A DNA stretch of 64,000 bases from Mustelus asterias (taxonomy: Eukaryota), in NCBI RefSeq assembly GCF_964213995.1, contig NW_027590932.1, positions 62,001 to 126,000 of the forward strand, in the 5' to 3' direction. Positions 23,865 to 36,176 of this stretch are shown here, in pieces. Under the pieces are notes generated by a model. The model was not told the origin of the DNA. It searched no databases and was given only the letters and a program-made list of their open reading frames with translations. Position numbers and translations under genes: made by a program. Position 1 is the stretch's first letter. Each line of letters starts with the position of its first letter.

Positions 23865-24894
23865 TGTCGATTTTATTGCTGCCGACCAGCACATGATTGA
23901 GGAGGGGCTGAAATTACTTCCTGATCGATAACAGGAATGATCATTCTGTCAGTTTGAACTACCTGGAGAAACAAAATAAACCCACTTGCACAATCCCGTC
24001 AATTGTCCCCGGCAATTTTTCATTACATTCTCCTTGCTGCTTCCTCCTGTCTAAATGAATAATATTGCATTCTACCCCACTAAATTTCACTATAGCTCAC
24101 CACATTCAAAGATCATTCGTAACCTCTGCCTCTTCGATAGCTTCTTGTGGGAAATCTGCTGAACAATATTAGCTGATCACAGCTCTGCTGTGATTTCAGA
24201 GATTTGTATCTCATTGTTCATCATTACTGTCTCCATTGCTTCATTCCAGGTCACTGTCGCTACAGACATAGTCACACAGTCATTCAACCTTCTGCAGCAA
24301 ATGATATTCTCTTCCTTTGCTTTCAGATTCTTTCACCTCCAGAAACTGATTACACGCTCAGTAAAATGTTCTGTTTAGTTGACAGTTTATCATCAATTCT
24401 GGGCCTTGGCGGTGAATGGATTGACTCTGAACGACTTGACCACCTGGCCTCCACGATCGCCAGCTAAATGTTGCCTTATCCATCACTCCTTGTTTCATTT
24501 AAACATCCTCCCTTGCTTTCTATCACAGACCATTCCTTCTGTTCTTTTCACAGGCTGATTCATGGCGTTACCATCAGAAAATGTTGGAAATACTCGGCAG
24601 TTAATGATTCGTGGCAAATGCGTGATTATTTCTGAAAGCTGAGTTACTCTGAAATTGAAAACATTTGGAAATGTTTCTGTAAAGGTGAAATACTGCTGAT
24701 GCTGGAACCTGAAACACACAAAAAGAATACTGGAAAATCTCAGCAGGTCTGGCAGCATCTGTGAAGAGAGAACAGAGCCAGTGTGTCGAATCAGGAAATT
24801 TGATGAAGGGTCATCCAGATTTGAAACGTTGGTTTCCCCACAGATGCCGTCAGTTCTGCTGAGATTTTCCAACATTTTCTATTCCTGTTTAATA

Positions 24895-24960
24895 CATTTC
24901 TGCCCAGGATTGAACCAGGAAACTTGCGTGTGAACGGCGAACGTGAAAATTACCAGAAAC
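24895..24960 (-). pseudogene. tRNA-Val pseudogene
   Basis: Decayed Val sequence; paralog of 52373-52444 with a shared palindromic insertion at its 3' end. Confidence 0.55.
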
Positions 24961-25931
24961 GCTGCGGTGCAACGATGTAAGGAAACTGGCTCCACAAACA
25001 CGTCAATTGCCCACAGCAATTTATATTTGCATTGTGTCTACTGGTACCTCCTGTTGACATGTTTCACGATACATTCTACTGCATGGAATTCACGTGTTAA
25101 AATGCACGACCTACCTTGTATTAAGTTGATCTTCCTCTACACCCGAGCTATGACTGTAACAGTGCATTCTGCAATATTTCGTTTCCTTCCCGATGAACGA
25201 TATGCTTTGTCTGTGTAGCGTGCAAGAAAAATACGTTTCACTGTATGCTAATGCATGTGACAATAAAAAATCAAATCAAAGGTACTCCATGAAGTTAATT
25301 AATTGAACGTTCAGCAGTGATGGGTTTCAATCATACGCCTTAACTAATGCTATTACCCTGAATTCAGTGCCTGAGACTTCAATGCTCTCAGCGGAAGCCA
25401 TTGGTACTGGATCTGCTATTGATAGTGAACAGAATCAATGAAGTAGAACTGGGTCACATGTCCCATTGAGCCTCCTCCACGACTGATTCAAGGCAGATCC
25501 GCAACCTCAACCCCAATTTCCCAGCTTATCCCAACAGCCCTTCATTCCCTTAGATTTCAGAAAACACTCCAACTCAACCTCCAATGTCCTCATCGACTGA
25601 GGATCCACACACCTCTGGCCGGCTGCAGAACTCTAAATATTCACAAGCCTTTGAGAGAAGAAATATCTCCATACCTTCGTCATAAATGGCTGACACATGA
25701 TCCAGAGAATGTAAGCCCAGGGTGCCTGACCGAGACTGTTGTCGCCACGTTAACCCACTTAAGCCCACACATTTACCATGGCTAATCCATCAAACCGACA
25801 TCAGCTGCGCACTGAGAGCATTTTTTCCAATAATTGCTGAAGAACAAATTAATATTTTGGCTGATCCGTATTCAGTTCACATCCAACAACGAACTACAAT
25901 CGGGCAACTTTCCAGCAGTAAATTTCGATCA

Positions 25932-26004
25932 TGTTCAACCCCGTTTCGAATCGGGGAGCCTATACTGTATGATATGAAGATGATAACCCCTACACTATAG
26001 AAAC
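25932..26004 (-). pseudogene. tRNA-Val-like pseudogene
   Basis: GTTTCTATAGTGTAGGGGTTATCA..CCCCGATTCGAAACGGGG. Confidence 0.65.
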
Positions 26005-26839
26005 TCTGCTCATGACCAATGTGACCGGCCGAGAATATCAAACCGTGCAGTCTGATTGCAATGTGGAACCTTGTTTTCTCCTATTCCAATTCGGCTGAAA
26101 ACCTTAGCAATGTGGCATATTCATTGATCTAACGTAAGATTCAGAAAATAATATTTGTCCCAATTTGTTTCCTTTCTCTATGACTGCAGTTGTACAATAT
26201 CATTCAAGACCTGGCGAAGTGTAAATGTCCTATGGCTGTGAGACAATGTAATGCCTTAATATTTAACAAAAACAATTTGAAATGAGTCAGTTGTTTTGAA
26301 AATATTTTGCCGCTTTACAAACGCAATAATCGCTATAATTCAGAAACAGCTAACGCATGGAAATATTTAGATTTTTATGTGTCCACAGATGCTGCCAAAT
26401 CAGCAGAGAATGTCTACCATCAGCTGTCTATATTATAAATACAGGTTTTATCACAATATAAAATACACAGAAAGTCGGTAATGATCAGTGGAATGACGAT
26501 AGTCTTAAACTTTTAAAGAACGGTGCTTTTAAAGCTACACAATGCTGAGGTGGAAAGCAGATAGGTTGAAGCGATGGACATCTGCTGTGTGTTACCTCAT
26601 CCGTTTCACAGGATCAGCAGTGATGAGATGGGTCGGTTTTGGAAATTGCAAGATACACATGAACATCCTGTGAGACCTCACTGTTGATTCCTTGTTCCAG
26701 ACAGCAACAATTAGTGTTTCATTGGCTGAAGGAGTCACTCGTGTTAATTCTGGATGTGATTTTTGTCCAACAAATATTTCTTGTGTATTTAAAAAAATGC
26801 TGAAGTGGAAAAGTCAGGCTAAACGTTGCGTCGTTATCT

Positions 26840-26911
26840 TCTCTGATGGTCTAATGGTTAGGATTCGGCGCTCCCACTGCCACGACCAGCATTCGATTCC
26901 CGGTCAGGAAA
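26840..26911 (+). pseudogene. tRNA-Glu pseudogene
   Basis: TCTCTGATGGTCTAATGGTTAGGATTCGGCGCTCCCACTGCC..TTCGATTCCCGGTCAGGAAA; T stem broken; flanks paralogous to 23793. Confidence 0.8.
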
Positions 26912-27244
26912 TGAAAATTTATTGAATGCGTGTAGCAGATGAATGAAGAGGAGCTGGAATTATTTCCTGATTGAAAACAGGAATAATAGTTGACCCAGTT
27001 TGAACTGCGGTGAGAAACAAAATCGCTCATTTTCACAATCTTGTCAATTACCCCCAGCAACTTATTGCCTCTGCTGGTTCCTCCTGTCAAAATGAATACC
27101 ATTCATTTTGCTGCATGAAATCTGAGCTACTTACAAACTTCTCGTCAGAAATGGAATAAAACTGCATTTCTTGTACAAACGCAACCAAATCAGTATCAAC
27201 ATTCATAAGTTTCTCGAGTCTATAAAGCCTTGTCAAAATTGTGT

Positions 27245-28586
27245 AAGTTTCTTAGAGGATTCTTAGAGACAGGATGTATGTGCATTTAGAACGGAACAAT
27301 CTCATTAGTGACAGACAGCATGGTTTTGTAAGAGGGAGGTCGTGCCTTACAAATTTGGTGGAGTTTTTTGAGGAAGTGACAAAAACGGTTGATGAAGGAA
27401 GGGCCGTGGATGTCGTCTATATGGATTTCAGTAAGGCATTTGACAAAGTCCCACATGGCAGGTTGGTTAAGAAGGTTAAGGCTCATGGGATACAAGGAGA
27501 AGTGGCTCGATGGGTGGAGAACTGGCTTGGCCATAGGAGACAGGGGGTAGTGGTCGAAGGGTCTTTTTCCGGCTGGAGGTCTGTGACCAGTGGTGTTCCG
27601 CAGGGCTCTGTACTGGGACCTCTGCTATTTGTGATATATATAAATGATTTGGAAGAAGGTGTAACTGGTGTAATCAGCAAGTTTGCGGATGACACGAAGA
27701 TGGCTGGAATTGCGGATAGCGAAGAGCATTGTCGGGCAATACAGCAGGATATAGATAGGCTGGAAAATTGGGCGGAGAGGTGGCAGATGGAATTTAATCC
27801 GGATAAATGCGAAGTGATGCATTTTGGAAGAAATAATGTAGGGAGGAGTTATGCAATAAATGGCAGAGTCATCAGGAGTATAGAAACACAGAGGGACCTA
27901 GGTGTGCAAGTCCACCAATCCTTGAAGGTGGCAACACAGGTGGAGAAGGTGGTGAAGAAGGCATATGGTATGCTTGCCTTTATAGGACGGGGTATAGAGT
28001 ATAAAAGCTGGAGTCTGATGATGCAGCTGTATAGAACGCTGGTTAGGCCACATTTGGAGTACTGCGTCCAGTTCTGGTCGCCGCACTACCAGAAGGACGT
28101 GGAGGCATTGGAGAGAGTGCAGAGAAGGTTTACCAGGATGTTGCCTGGTATGGAGGGTCTTAGCTATGAGGAGAGATTGGGTAGACTGGGGTTGTTCTCC
28201 TTGGAAAGACGGAGAATGAGGGGAGATCTAATCGAGGTATACAAGATTATGAAGGGTATAGATAGGGTGAACAGTGGGAAGCTTTTTCCCAGGTCGGAGG
28301 TGACGATCACGAGGGGTCATGGGCTCAAGCTGAGAGGGGCGAAGTATAACTCAGACATCAGAGGGACGTTTTTTACACAGAGGGTGGTGGGGGCCTGGAA
28401 TGCGCTGCCAAGTAGGGTGGTGGAGGCAGGCACGCTGACATCGTTTAAGACTTACCTGGATAGTCACATGAGCAGCCTGGGAATGGAGGGATACAAACGA
28501 TTGGTCTAGTTGGACCAAGGAGCGGCACAGGCTTGGAGGGCCGAAGGGCCTGTTTCCTGTGCTGTACTGTTCTTTGTTCTTTGTTC
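27245..28586 (+). mobile_element. Young 5'-truncated CR1 LINE, uninterrupted 411-aa RT/C-terminal ORF
   Basis: ORF 27274-28509 with QHGF, DFSKAFDKV, GVPQGSVLGP, FADD; (TTCTTTG)n tail. Confidence 0.96.
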
Positions 28587-29228
28587 AGTGACATCCCCTC
28601 TCATTCTTTAATTCATTTCTTCGTCACAAATCCAGCTTACATTAACACTGCAGTGAAGCTACCCGAGTCGTCACAGTTCATGTCAATGCACCTAATCAGC
28701 ACGTCTTTCAGAACGCGGGGGAAAACCACAGCACCCAGAAGAAACCCACACAGACATGGGGAAAACCCACACAGCCAATGGTTCCAGCCAGGAATCGAAC
28801 AGGGTCCAGCGAGCTGTGTGACAGTGGCGCTAGTCACTAACCATTCTTCTATTCTCCAGAACCACTAGCAAGAGATTTGGAATGAGACTAGCTCTTTCAC
28901 TGAACACACTTCAGGCTGGGATGGACAGATTTCTGATTGAACCGGGAATGAAGTGGAGTGGGTGGGAAAATTAAATTGAAACCCAGGATTAACCATGAGT
29001 TAAAGTTTCGCGTTCAGTTATTAAGTTTAATAGTATTTGAAATATATAAATTACTACAAATGTGTTTGGGATGAATATTCACTGAATTAGTAATGTCGAT
29101 AACACCGGTTAACAGCAGAGCTGGAAGCACATGAGAAATACTTTCATTGAGGCCCATGGACGAAATGTTAAAGAAAAACTATGTAACAATAAAAGCTGGT
29201 GGGGGAAACTGAAACACAGCGGCAGTGC

Positions 29229-29302
29229 CGTCTCCGGACGGTCGCGAATCACCACTCTTTCGGTTCATAACCATGTTCGCTGACCGATCGCGCCAGAGAG
29301 GA
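29229..29302 (-). pseudogene. tRNA-Asn pseudogene
   Basis: CTCTCTGGCGCGATCGGTCAGCG..AACCGAAAGAGTGGTGATTCG; flanks paralogous to 49660 and 54985. Confidence 0.7.
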
Positions 29303-29708
29303 TGACACGGCTGAAGCAACGCACGACATTCTTAATCAGGCTGGAAGCTTTTTCTCTGCAAATTTGACGCCAGTTCGATTTGCACCAAACCTGATACAGG
29401 AAGACCACATGATGATATAGTTTACAAATCTAAACAAGTTCCTTCGACTACTTTACCTCCACAGTGTTGTTTTGATGCAGTGGTTAAATCCTTCTGCCAA
29501 AAATGGAAAAAGGGCCGTTTGATAGAGCAGATATGGACAAACTATTCCCATTGACTTGAGTCAGTAACCAGAGGACTGGGATTGAAGATCGTTAAATACA
29601 GTCAGACTTGCATTTATATAGAGCCTCTTCCAACCAGCGGACGTCATAAAGAACTTTACAACCACTGAAGGACTGTCAGAATTACAAAAAAATCCAGTTA
29701 AATACTGA

Positions 29709-29782
29709 AGAGGACATCCCGAATTGAACAAGGAACCTCTAGATGTGCAGTCAAATTCTCGACAACTGAGCGTCAAGCCTCC
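29709..29782 (-). pseudogene. tRNA-Cys pseudogene
   Basis: TTTGACTGCACATCTAGAGGTTCC remnant; paralog of 55447-55518. Confidence 0.7.
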
Positions 29783-31278
29783 GCCTTTGTCGTTCCTCAA
29801 GCGTCTGTCACGCTCAACGTCTATGTTTACGTTTGCTCCTCTGTGTGCGTCACTGTGGTTATGTACCCGGAGGGAACATGTCGACATATTTTAGCATCAA
29901 ATCTCTGTTCAATTGCTGTATAAATCTTCACGCTAAATGGTACAAAAATAACAAAAGCTTTGAAGTTGTAAGAGGAAATGACGTTTTATTTTGAATGGAG
30001 ACTTTATTGAGTCAGTTCCGGCATGTTTTCATAACGGAAGCTGATTAAAATTTCACTCATCAACATTTAAACGGGCAGTGGATTTACTCGGTGTGATGGT
30101 GCGTTACAGTTCTATATCTACAATCAGAGCATCAATTTCTATCAGTTACTGAGAATGACAATAGGCTTGATAATATGTGCAGGACGAATATAATTTGTCT
30201 AATTTTATTTGAATTCGACATTGCTAAATCTATTCCTATCATTGTGTTCCCGCAATGCAGAATCAGGACATCAATTCTGAACCAACTCTCTGATATAGCA
30301 TCTTACACAGTTCAAAATGATCAGCCCCACATCCTGAGACTGTGTCCCGTCCTTTAGATTCTCTGACCAGCGGAAACAATCTCCTTTCTTTCGTCTGACT
30401 CCAGAGAATAAACACCCAATTTACTCAGCCTTTCATCATAGGACAACTCCCTCATCTCAGGATCCAATCTTTCGAGCATTCCCTCGACAACTTCCAATGC
30501 AAGTCTATCAGTTCTCCATCGTGGGGATCAAAACTGCACAGAGTGTTGTAGCTGTGGTCTCAGGAGAACCAGGTTACAATTGTGGCAGACTTCTTGATTC
30601 TTGCATTTCATTTCCCTGATAATGAAAACCAAAATTCCCATTCACCACTTTGAGCATCAACACATAACTTTCTCAACTTTTTCAAGTAGGTCCTGTTCCT
30701 TCTACTTCTCTCTCTCCGTAACTAAATTTTCTTGCTCATTAATCTGTCTCCTCCCCACAACTTACTTCACCATCTAACTTGTTACCGGAATCTCAAACGT
30801 AACCTCAGACTCCAGCGAGAATTTGACTCGCGACTATTGGTTTACAAAAAAAAACTGTGCTGTAATGAAGGCAGCTACTTGCGAAGATCAGAAAGTTTAC
30901 CATAAACTGTGGAGTGAGGAGCAGACTGAATTTTTGTTGGTTGATATTTGATAGGTGTGGAAATGTCTGAGAAGTAGAACAGGGAGATAAAAAAATCTGA
31001 CTTGAGAGCGGCAGATTTGGACAGGTATCAGATCCTTGGGTGAACAATGTTTGGGCCATGTGATTTATCTTCTGAGCTTGTTGTTGTTGTTACATCTCTG
31101 ACTTTTCCAAGTCTGACACAAGATATCCAGCTGGAAGGTGAGTCTTGTTTTGCCCTTCACAGACACAGACTGAAAGCAGAAAATGCTGATTACGCGCAGC
31201 AACGCAATTGATGCTTAATGACGAATGCAAATCATACTGAAATCGGAGCTATTCTGAAACTGAAGCATTGGAAGTGCT

Positions 31279-31347
31279 TGTTTCGGGTTTCGAAACAGAA
31301 ATTTTCGCGTGTGAGGCGAATTTGATAACCACTACACTGCACATACA
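31279..31347 (-). pseudogene. tRNA-Val(CAC) pseudogene
   Basis: GTGTAGTGGTTATCAAATTCGCCTCACACGCGAAAA..TTCGAAACC. Confidence 0.75.
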
Positions 31348-32117
31348 CGATGACGGGTTTTGAACTCGCGGATCTACTTTGCTGGAGGAGGAACGAAGCT
31401 GGTTCCACAAGCCTATCAATTGCGCACAGTAATTCATATTTGCATTGCCTCTGCTCGTTACTCCTGTCAAAATGAATAATGCTACATTCTACTGCATGAA
31501 TTTTTAGTGATTACATGTTCGATTAATGACGTTAAAAGTAATGACGTTTCAAGTAAATTGTAGAGTAACTGATACATTGGACCTGCGGTTGGCTTAATAT
31601 CTTAGAAACTAGTAATCATGTCCGAGTGATTAACGTGATCGAGTTAAAATCCATTGGGATTTCCCGCTTTTTATTATTCCTGCTTTCAATTGTATGTCTA
31701 CAGAGTCAATTAAATCAAATCCATGCAAAAACTCGGGCGTGTTCCCATTTCCGTTAATTCACAGAAACATTCACGGATGCTGCAGCCGGAACTGGAACAC
31801 CATCAGAACCATGTTAGTGTCAGCCTTGTTTTCATTGTGTTTGTCTCTCCTTAGGCCCCTGTCTCTCAGGTGTGTGTATTTGCTTCGTTTTCTCTGTGTC
31901 TCAGTGTGCTTCAGTTCCCGATGGAAACGAACAGCTTGTTACCGTCACAACATGATTCATACTCGTTCAAAAGTTGAATCTTGAAATGTTACAGAGAAAA
32001 GAGCAGAATGAAAGATGTAAGAGGAGTTTGTAATGTTTGAAGGAACTGCAGCTAAAAAGTAGAAGATTTGAGTGATGTTATTGATGGTTGAGAGGAACGC
32101 ATTGTAACCTTGGGGAT

Positions 32118-32354
32118 AAAAGCAAATTGCTGCGGATGCTGGAATCTGAAACCAAAAGGGGAAATGCTGGAAAATCTCAGCAGGTCTGGCAGCATCTGTA
32201 AGGAGAGAAATGAGCTGACGCTTCGAGTCCAGATGGCCCTTTTCAAAGCTGACATTTCAAATTGAGCTTTGGAAAAGTGTCACCTGGACTCGAAACTTCA
32301 GCTCCTTTCTCATTCTGGCAGACCTGCTGGGATTTTCCAGCATTTTCTCTTTTG
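32118..32354. mobile_element. Short Penelope-derived palindromic insertion with perfect 14-bp TSD
   Basis: GTAACCTTGGGGAT at 32104-32117 and 32355-32368; arms are inverted copies. Confidence 0.85.
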
Positions 32355-32473
32355 GTAACCTTGGGGATGCTGTTGGCCCGTTAATTGTAAACTTTGTAAT
32401 CAGAACAAACTGAGACACCAGATTCGAACAACATTTGGGTATTAAGAGTCGGACAAGGGTTATCACAGCAGTA

Positions 32474-32544
32474 GCCTGGCTACCTTAGTCGGTTGCATGG
32501 CAGATGTAATTGCAGAGTCTTGGGTTCAAGTTCCACGTTAGGCG
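32474..32544 (+). pseudogene. tRNA-Lys pseudogene
   Basis: GCCTGGCTACCTTAGTCGGT..GGGTTCAAGTTCCACGTTAGGCG. Confidence 0.75.
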
Positions 32545-33962
32545 CCATTGTTTTTAAACTTTGCTGATTTCCTGGTTAAATTCCAGCTCTCCATTCCTCC
32601 GGCAGTGACACCACTCAAACTGAGGCTTTCTCCATCTCGCATTGTTCATCTCACAATTACAGATTTCTGAATAAAAACTATTTGCAATCAGGAGAAGTCA
32701 AATAGTTTAGTGTTTCATTCAGGGAGAAGTTTTTTAGAAGTCATTTAGCCCGAGATTTTTATCCAGAAATTAGTGATATTTCTGTCAGTGTAAACGGTTA
32801 AATCTGACCTAATACCACCCGGATTTTAGCTTGTATCACCATCTCCATCGTCAGCGCTTTGGAGCCCATCACTGCCTTTGACTATCTGTGTTTGATCTCA
32901 GCCTGTCACCCATGTAACATTTCCAACTCGGAAACAGTGATCCTGCTGCAGATGATTTCCATTGCAATAAAAGCAGTAAATCCTGGAACTTTCAGCCAAT
33001 CTGAGTGCTTCTGTGAAGAGCGAAACATTGTTTACATTTCTAGTCTATGTTCTTCCATTGGAATTGCATTGTGTCGCTGCACAACTCGATTGGCTCTGTT
33101 TATCAATCCACTGAAGCTGTCAGTGAAAACTGCCCCCCACTTCACTGGGAGTAAATGGAACACGTTTATCATTGCAGCCGAACAAATATTCCTTCATGGG
33201 ATATTCCCTTCACACCTGATGGGGCAGAGGGAACCTCAGTTTAAAATATCCGTTAGTGCAGCAATCTCTCAGTTATTCCGGAATTTTAACCTATATTGTT
33301 GTGTTCAAGTCACAGTAATGCAATTTGGCCTAATGACATTCCAAAATCGTTACCAACAGAGTCACAGGAAATTAAACTATTTAATGTAACAGAATTAATG
33401 GCAGGATTAGTGGGAGTGGTTCAGTAATGCATTTCACCCAGACGGTGGCTTATAGAACTCACAGCCTGAACTGTGATGAGGCAGAACTCTCCATTGGTTT
33501 TGAAAATAGAATACTTGGAAAAAAACTTGTGGTCCTGTAACCGACGGAGATGCAGAGAAACAGATACGATGTGGGATTAAACTGGAAGAAATTAGAGATT
33601 TAATGGTTTACAACGAATACAGAGTCAAGGAAAACAGAGCATGAGAGGAGGAAAGATCAAACGTCCTTACGGTAAAATGTAAGGCTGAAGTGATTGAATT
33701 ACAACGGGAATGATTATTGTTTCCACTGACACAATATCCCAGATTTGGTTTCAAATTTGGCGCAAAATTGGAAGAATCCTTCTCGCTGAATAAAGCACTA
33801 AACTCGTCGACTTCCAGGGAAACAGAGACAGCTTTAAAGCAGAAAGCAATAAATGTGATGTGAACAAAGTGGGATGGAGAAAGTCTCAGTTTGAACGTTG
33901 ACACTGCCGGGGGAAAGTGGAGCTGGAGTTCACCCAGGAAAGCAGCAAAGTTTAAAAGTAAT

Positions 33963-34027
33963 GACACCTAACTGGGGCTCAAACCCTGAAATTAAAGCTT
34001 CATGTTTTACCGACTGAGCTAGACAGG
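33963..34027 (-). pseudogene. tRNA-Lys pseudogene
   Basis: CTAGCTCAGTCGGTAAAACATG..TTTAATTTCAGGGTTTGAGCCCC; paralog of 58251. Confidence 0.8.
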
Positions 34028-34644
34028 AACACGGAAGAAGCGGCACTCCATATCCTAAAATATGTGAAGACTAACCTTTTTTTTGTCCATTTGTTGTCTC
34101 AGTTTATTCTGATTGCAAAGTTTACAATTAATCGACCGACAGAATCCCCGAGGTTTCAATGTATTCCTCTCAATCATCAATAATTTCATTCACATCCTCC
34201 ACTTCTTAGTTTCATCTCCATCCTAACATAGCAAACTCCTCTTACATGTTTCGCCTTAATATTTTTGTTCCAAGTCTCCCGGCTAGGTGAAATCAACGTT
34301 TCGGTATGGACACTGTAAAACTGTCTCCCAGTTTCAGAATTTTTAATCAGATTACTTCTGGTTATTCTGAACTATAGAAAGAACAGACTCATCCCACTGA
34401 ATATCTCCTCCCTGGACAACCGCCTCATCACAGAAATCAATCCAGGGAATTTAGCTCACACAGACACAGCAGAAAAAAAGAGCAAAAAAATGAACAGTGA
34501 TAGATGCACAGACAGAGAGACTGAGGGGAGAAAAGAATGGGACAGTTATAGAGACAAAGTGAGACAGACAGTGACAGAGATTGGGATGGACACACAACCC
34601 ACGAATGAATCATAATAAACACACAGCCAGCTGTCCGAATTACA

Positions 34645-36160
34645 AGCATAGAGTCATGGAGGTTTACAGCATGGAAACAGGCCCTTCGCCCCACATTGTC
34701 CATGCCGCCACTTTTTTAAACACTAAACTTGTCCCAATTGCCTGTGTTGGGCCCATATCCCTCTATAACCATCTTACCCATTTAACTGTCGAAACACTTT
34801 TTAAAAGACAAACCTGTACCCGCCTCTCCTACTACATCTGGCAGCTTATTCCAGACACTCACCATCCTCCATGTGAAAAGATTGACCATCTGGGCACTTT
34901 GTATCTCTCCCCTCTCACCTTAAACCTATGCCCTCCAGTTTTAGACTCCCCTACCTTTGAGAAAAATATTGACTATCTAGCTGATCTATTCCCCTCATTA
35001 TTTTATAGACCTCTATAAGATCACCCTCAGTCTTCCATGCTCCAGAGAAAAAAGTCCAAGTCTATCCATCCTCTCCTTATAACTCAAAATATCAGTCCCG
35101 GCATCATCCTAGTAAATCTTTTCTGCATTCCTTCTAGTTTAATAATATCCTTTCGAGAATGTGGTGGCCAGAGCTGTACACAGTATTCCAAGTGTGGCCT
35201 TACCAATGTCTTGTACAACTTCAACAAGACATCCCAACTCCTCTATTCAATGTTCTGGCCAATGAAACCAAGCATGCTGAATGCCTTCTCCGCCACCGTC
35301 CACCTGTGACTAAACTTTGAAGGAGCGATGAACTGTACCCCAAGATATCTTTTTTTCTAAAACTCTCACCAACGCCCGACCATTAATTGAGCAAGTCCTG
35401 TCCTGGTTCGATCTACCAAAATGCATCACCTCGCATTCATCTAAACTAAACTCCATTTGCCATTCGTCAGCCCACTAGCCCAATTGATCAAGATCCCGCT
35501 GCAATTCTCGATAACCTTCTTCACTGTGCATAATGCCTCCAATCTTGGTGTCATCTGCAAACTTACTAACCATGCCTGCTAAATTCTCATCAAAATCATT
35601 AAAATAAATGACAAATAACAGTGGAACCAGGACCGACCCTGAGGCACACCGCTGGTGACAGGCCTCCAATTTGAAAGCAACTCTCTACAACCACCCTCTG
35701 TCTCCTATCATCAAGCCAATTTTACATCCATTTGGCTACCACACGCGGAATACCGTAAGATTAAACTTATGCAACAACCTGCCATGCGGTATCTTGTCAA
35801 ATGCCTCCTAATGTCCATGCAGACAACATCAATTACACTGCCCTCATCGGCCTTCTTGGTTACCCTTTCAAAAAACTCAATCAAATTTGTGAGACATGAT
35901 TTTCCACTCACAGAACCATGCTGATCAGTCCTTGCCTCTCTCAATGCCTCCAGATCCTGTTTCTCAGACTACCTTCGAACAACGTCCCCACTACAGATGT
36001 GAGGCTCAGCAGCCTGTAGCCCCAGGCTTCTCCCTGCAACCCTTTTTAAACAAAAGCACGGCATTTCCCACCCTCCAGTCTTCAGGCAGATCACCTGTGG
36101 CTTTCGATGATTCAGATATCTCTGCAAGGGGACCCGCAATTTCCCCGAGTCTCCCATAAC
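34645..36160 (-). mobile_element. Older, decayed CR1 LINE
   Basis: Fragments QHG..KSCLTNLIEFFE and SKFADDTKIGG; tail CATAGAGTCATGGAG. Confidence 0.9.
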
Positions 36161-36176
36161 GTGGGAGGTCGTCTGA

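Noticed and set aside
27274-28509. 411-aa and 621-aa (36916-38781) RT ORFs as host genes or active LINEs
   Set aside because: Both are 5'-truncated CR1 copies with microsatellite tails; the longer one is frameshifted and lacks ORF1
32859-33389. 176-aa ORF
   Set aside because: Non-ATG start, no recognisable domain, begins in a duplicated tRNA flank whose paralogs do not keep the frame
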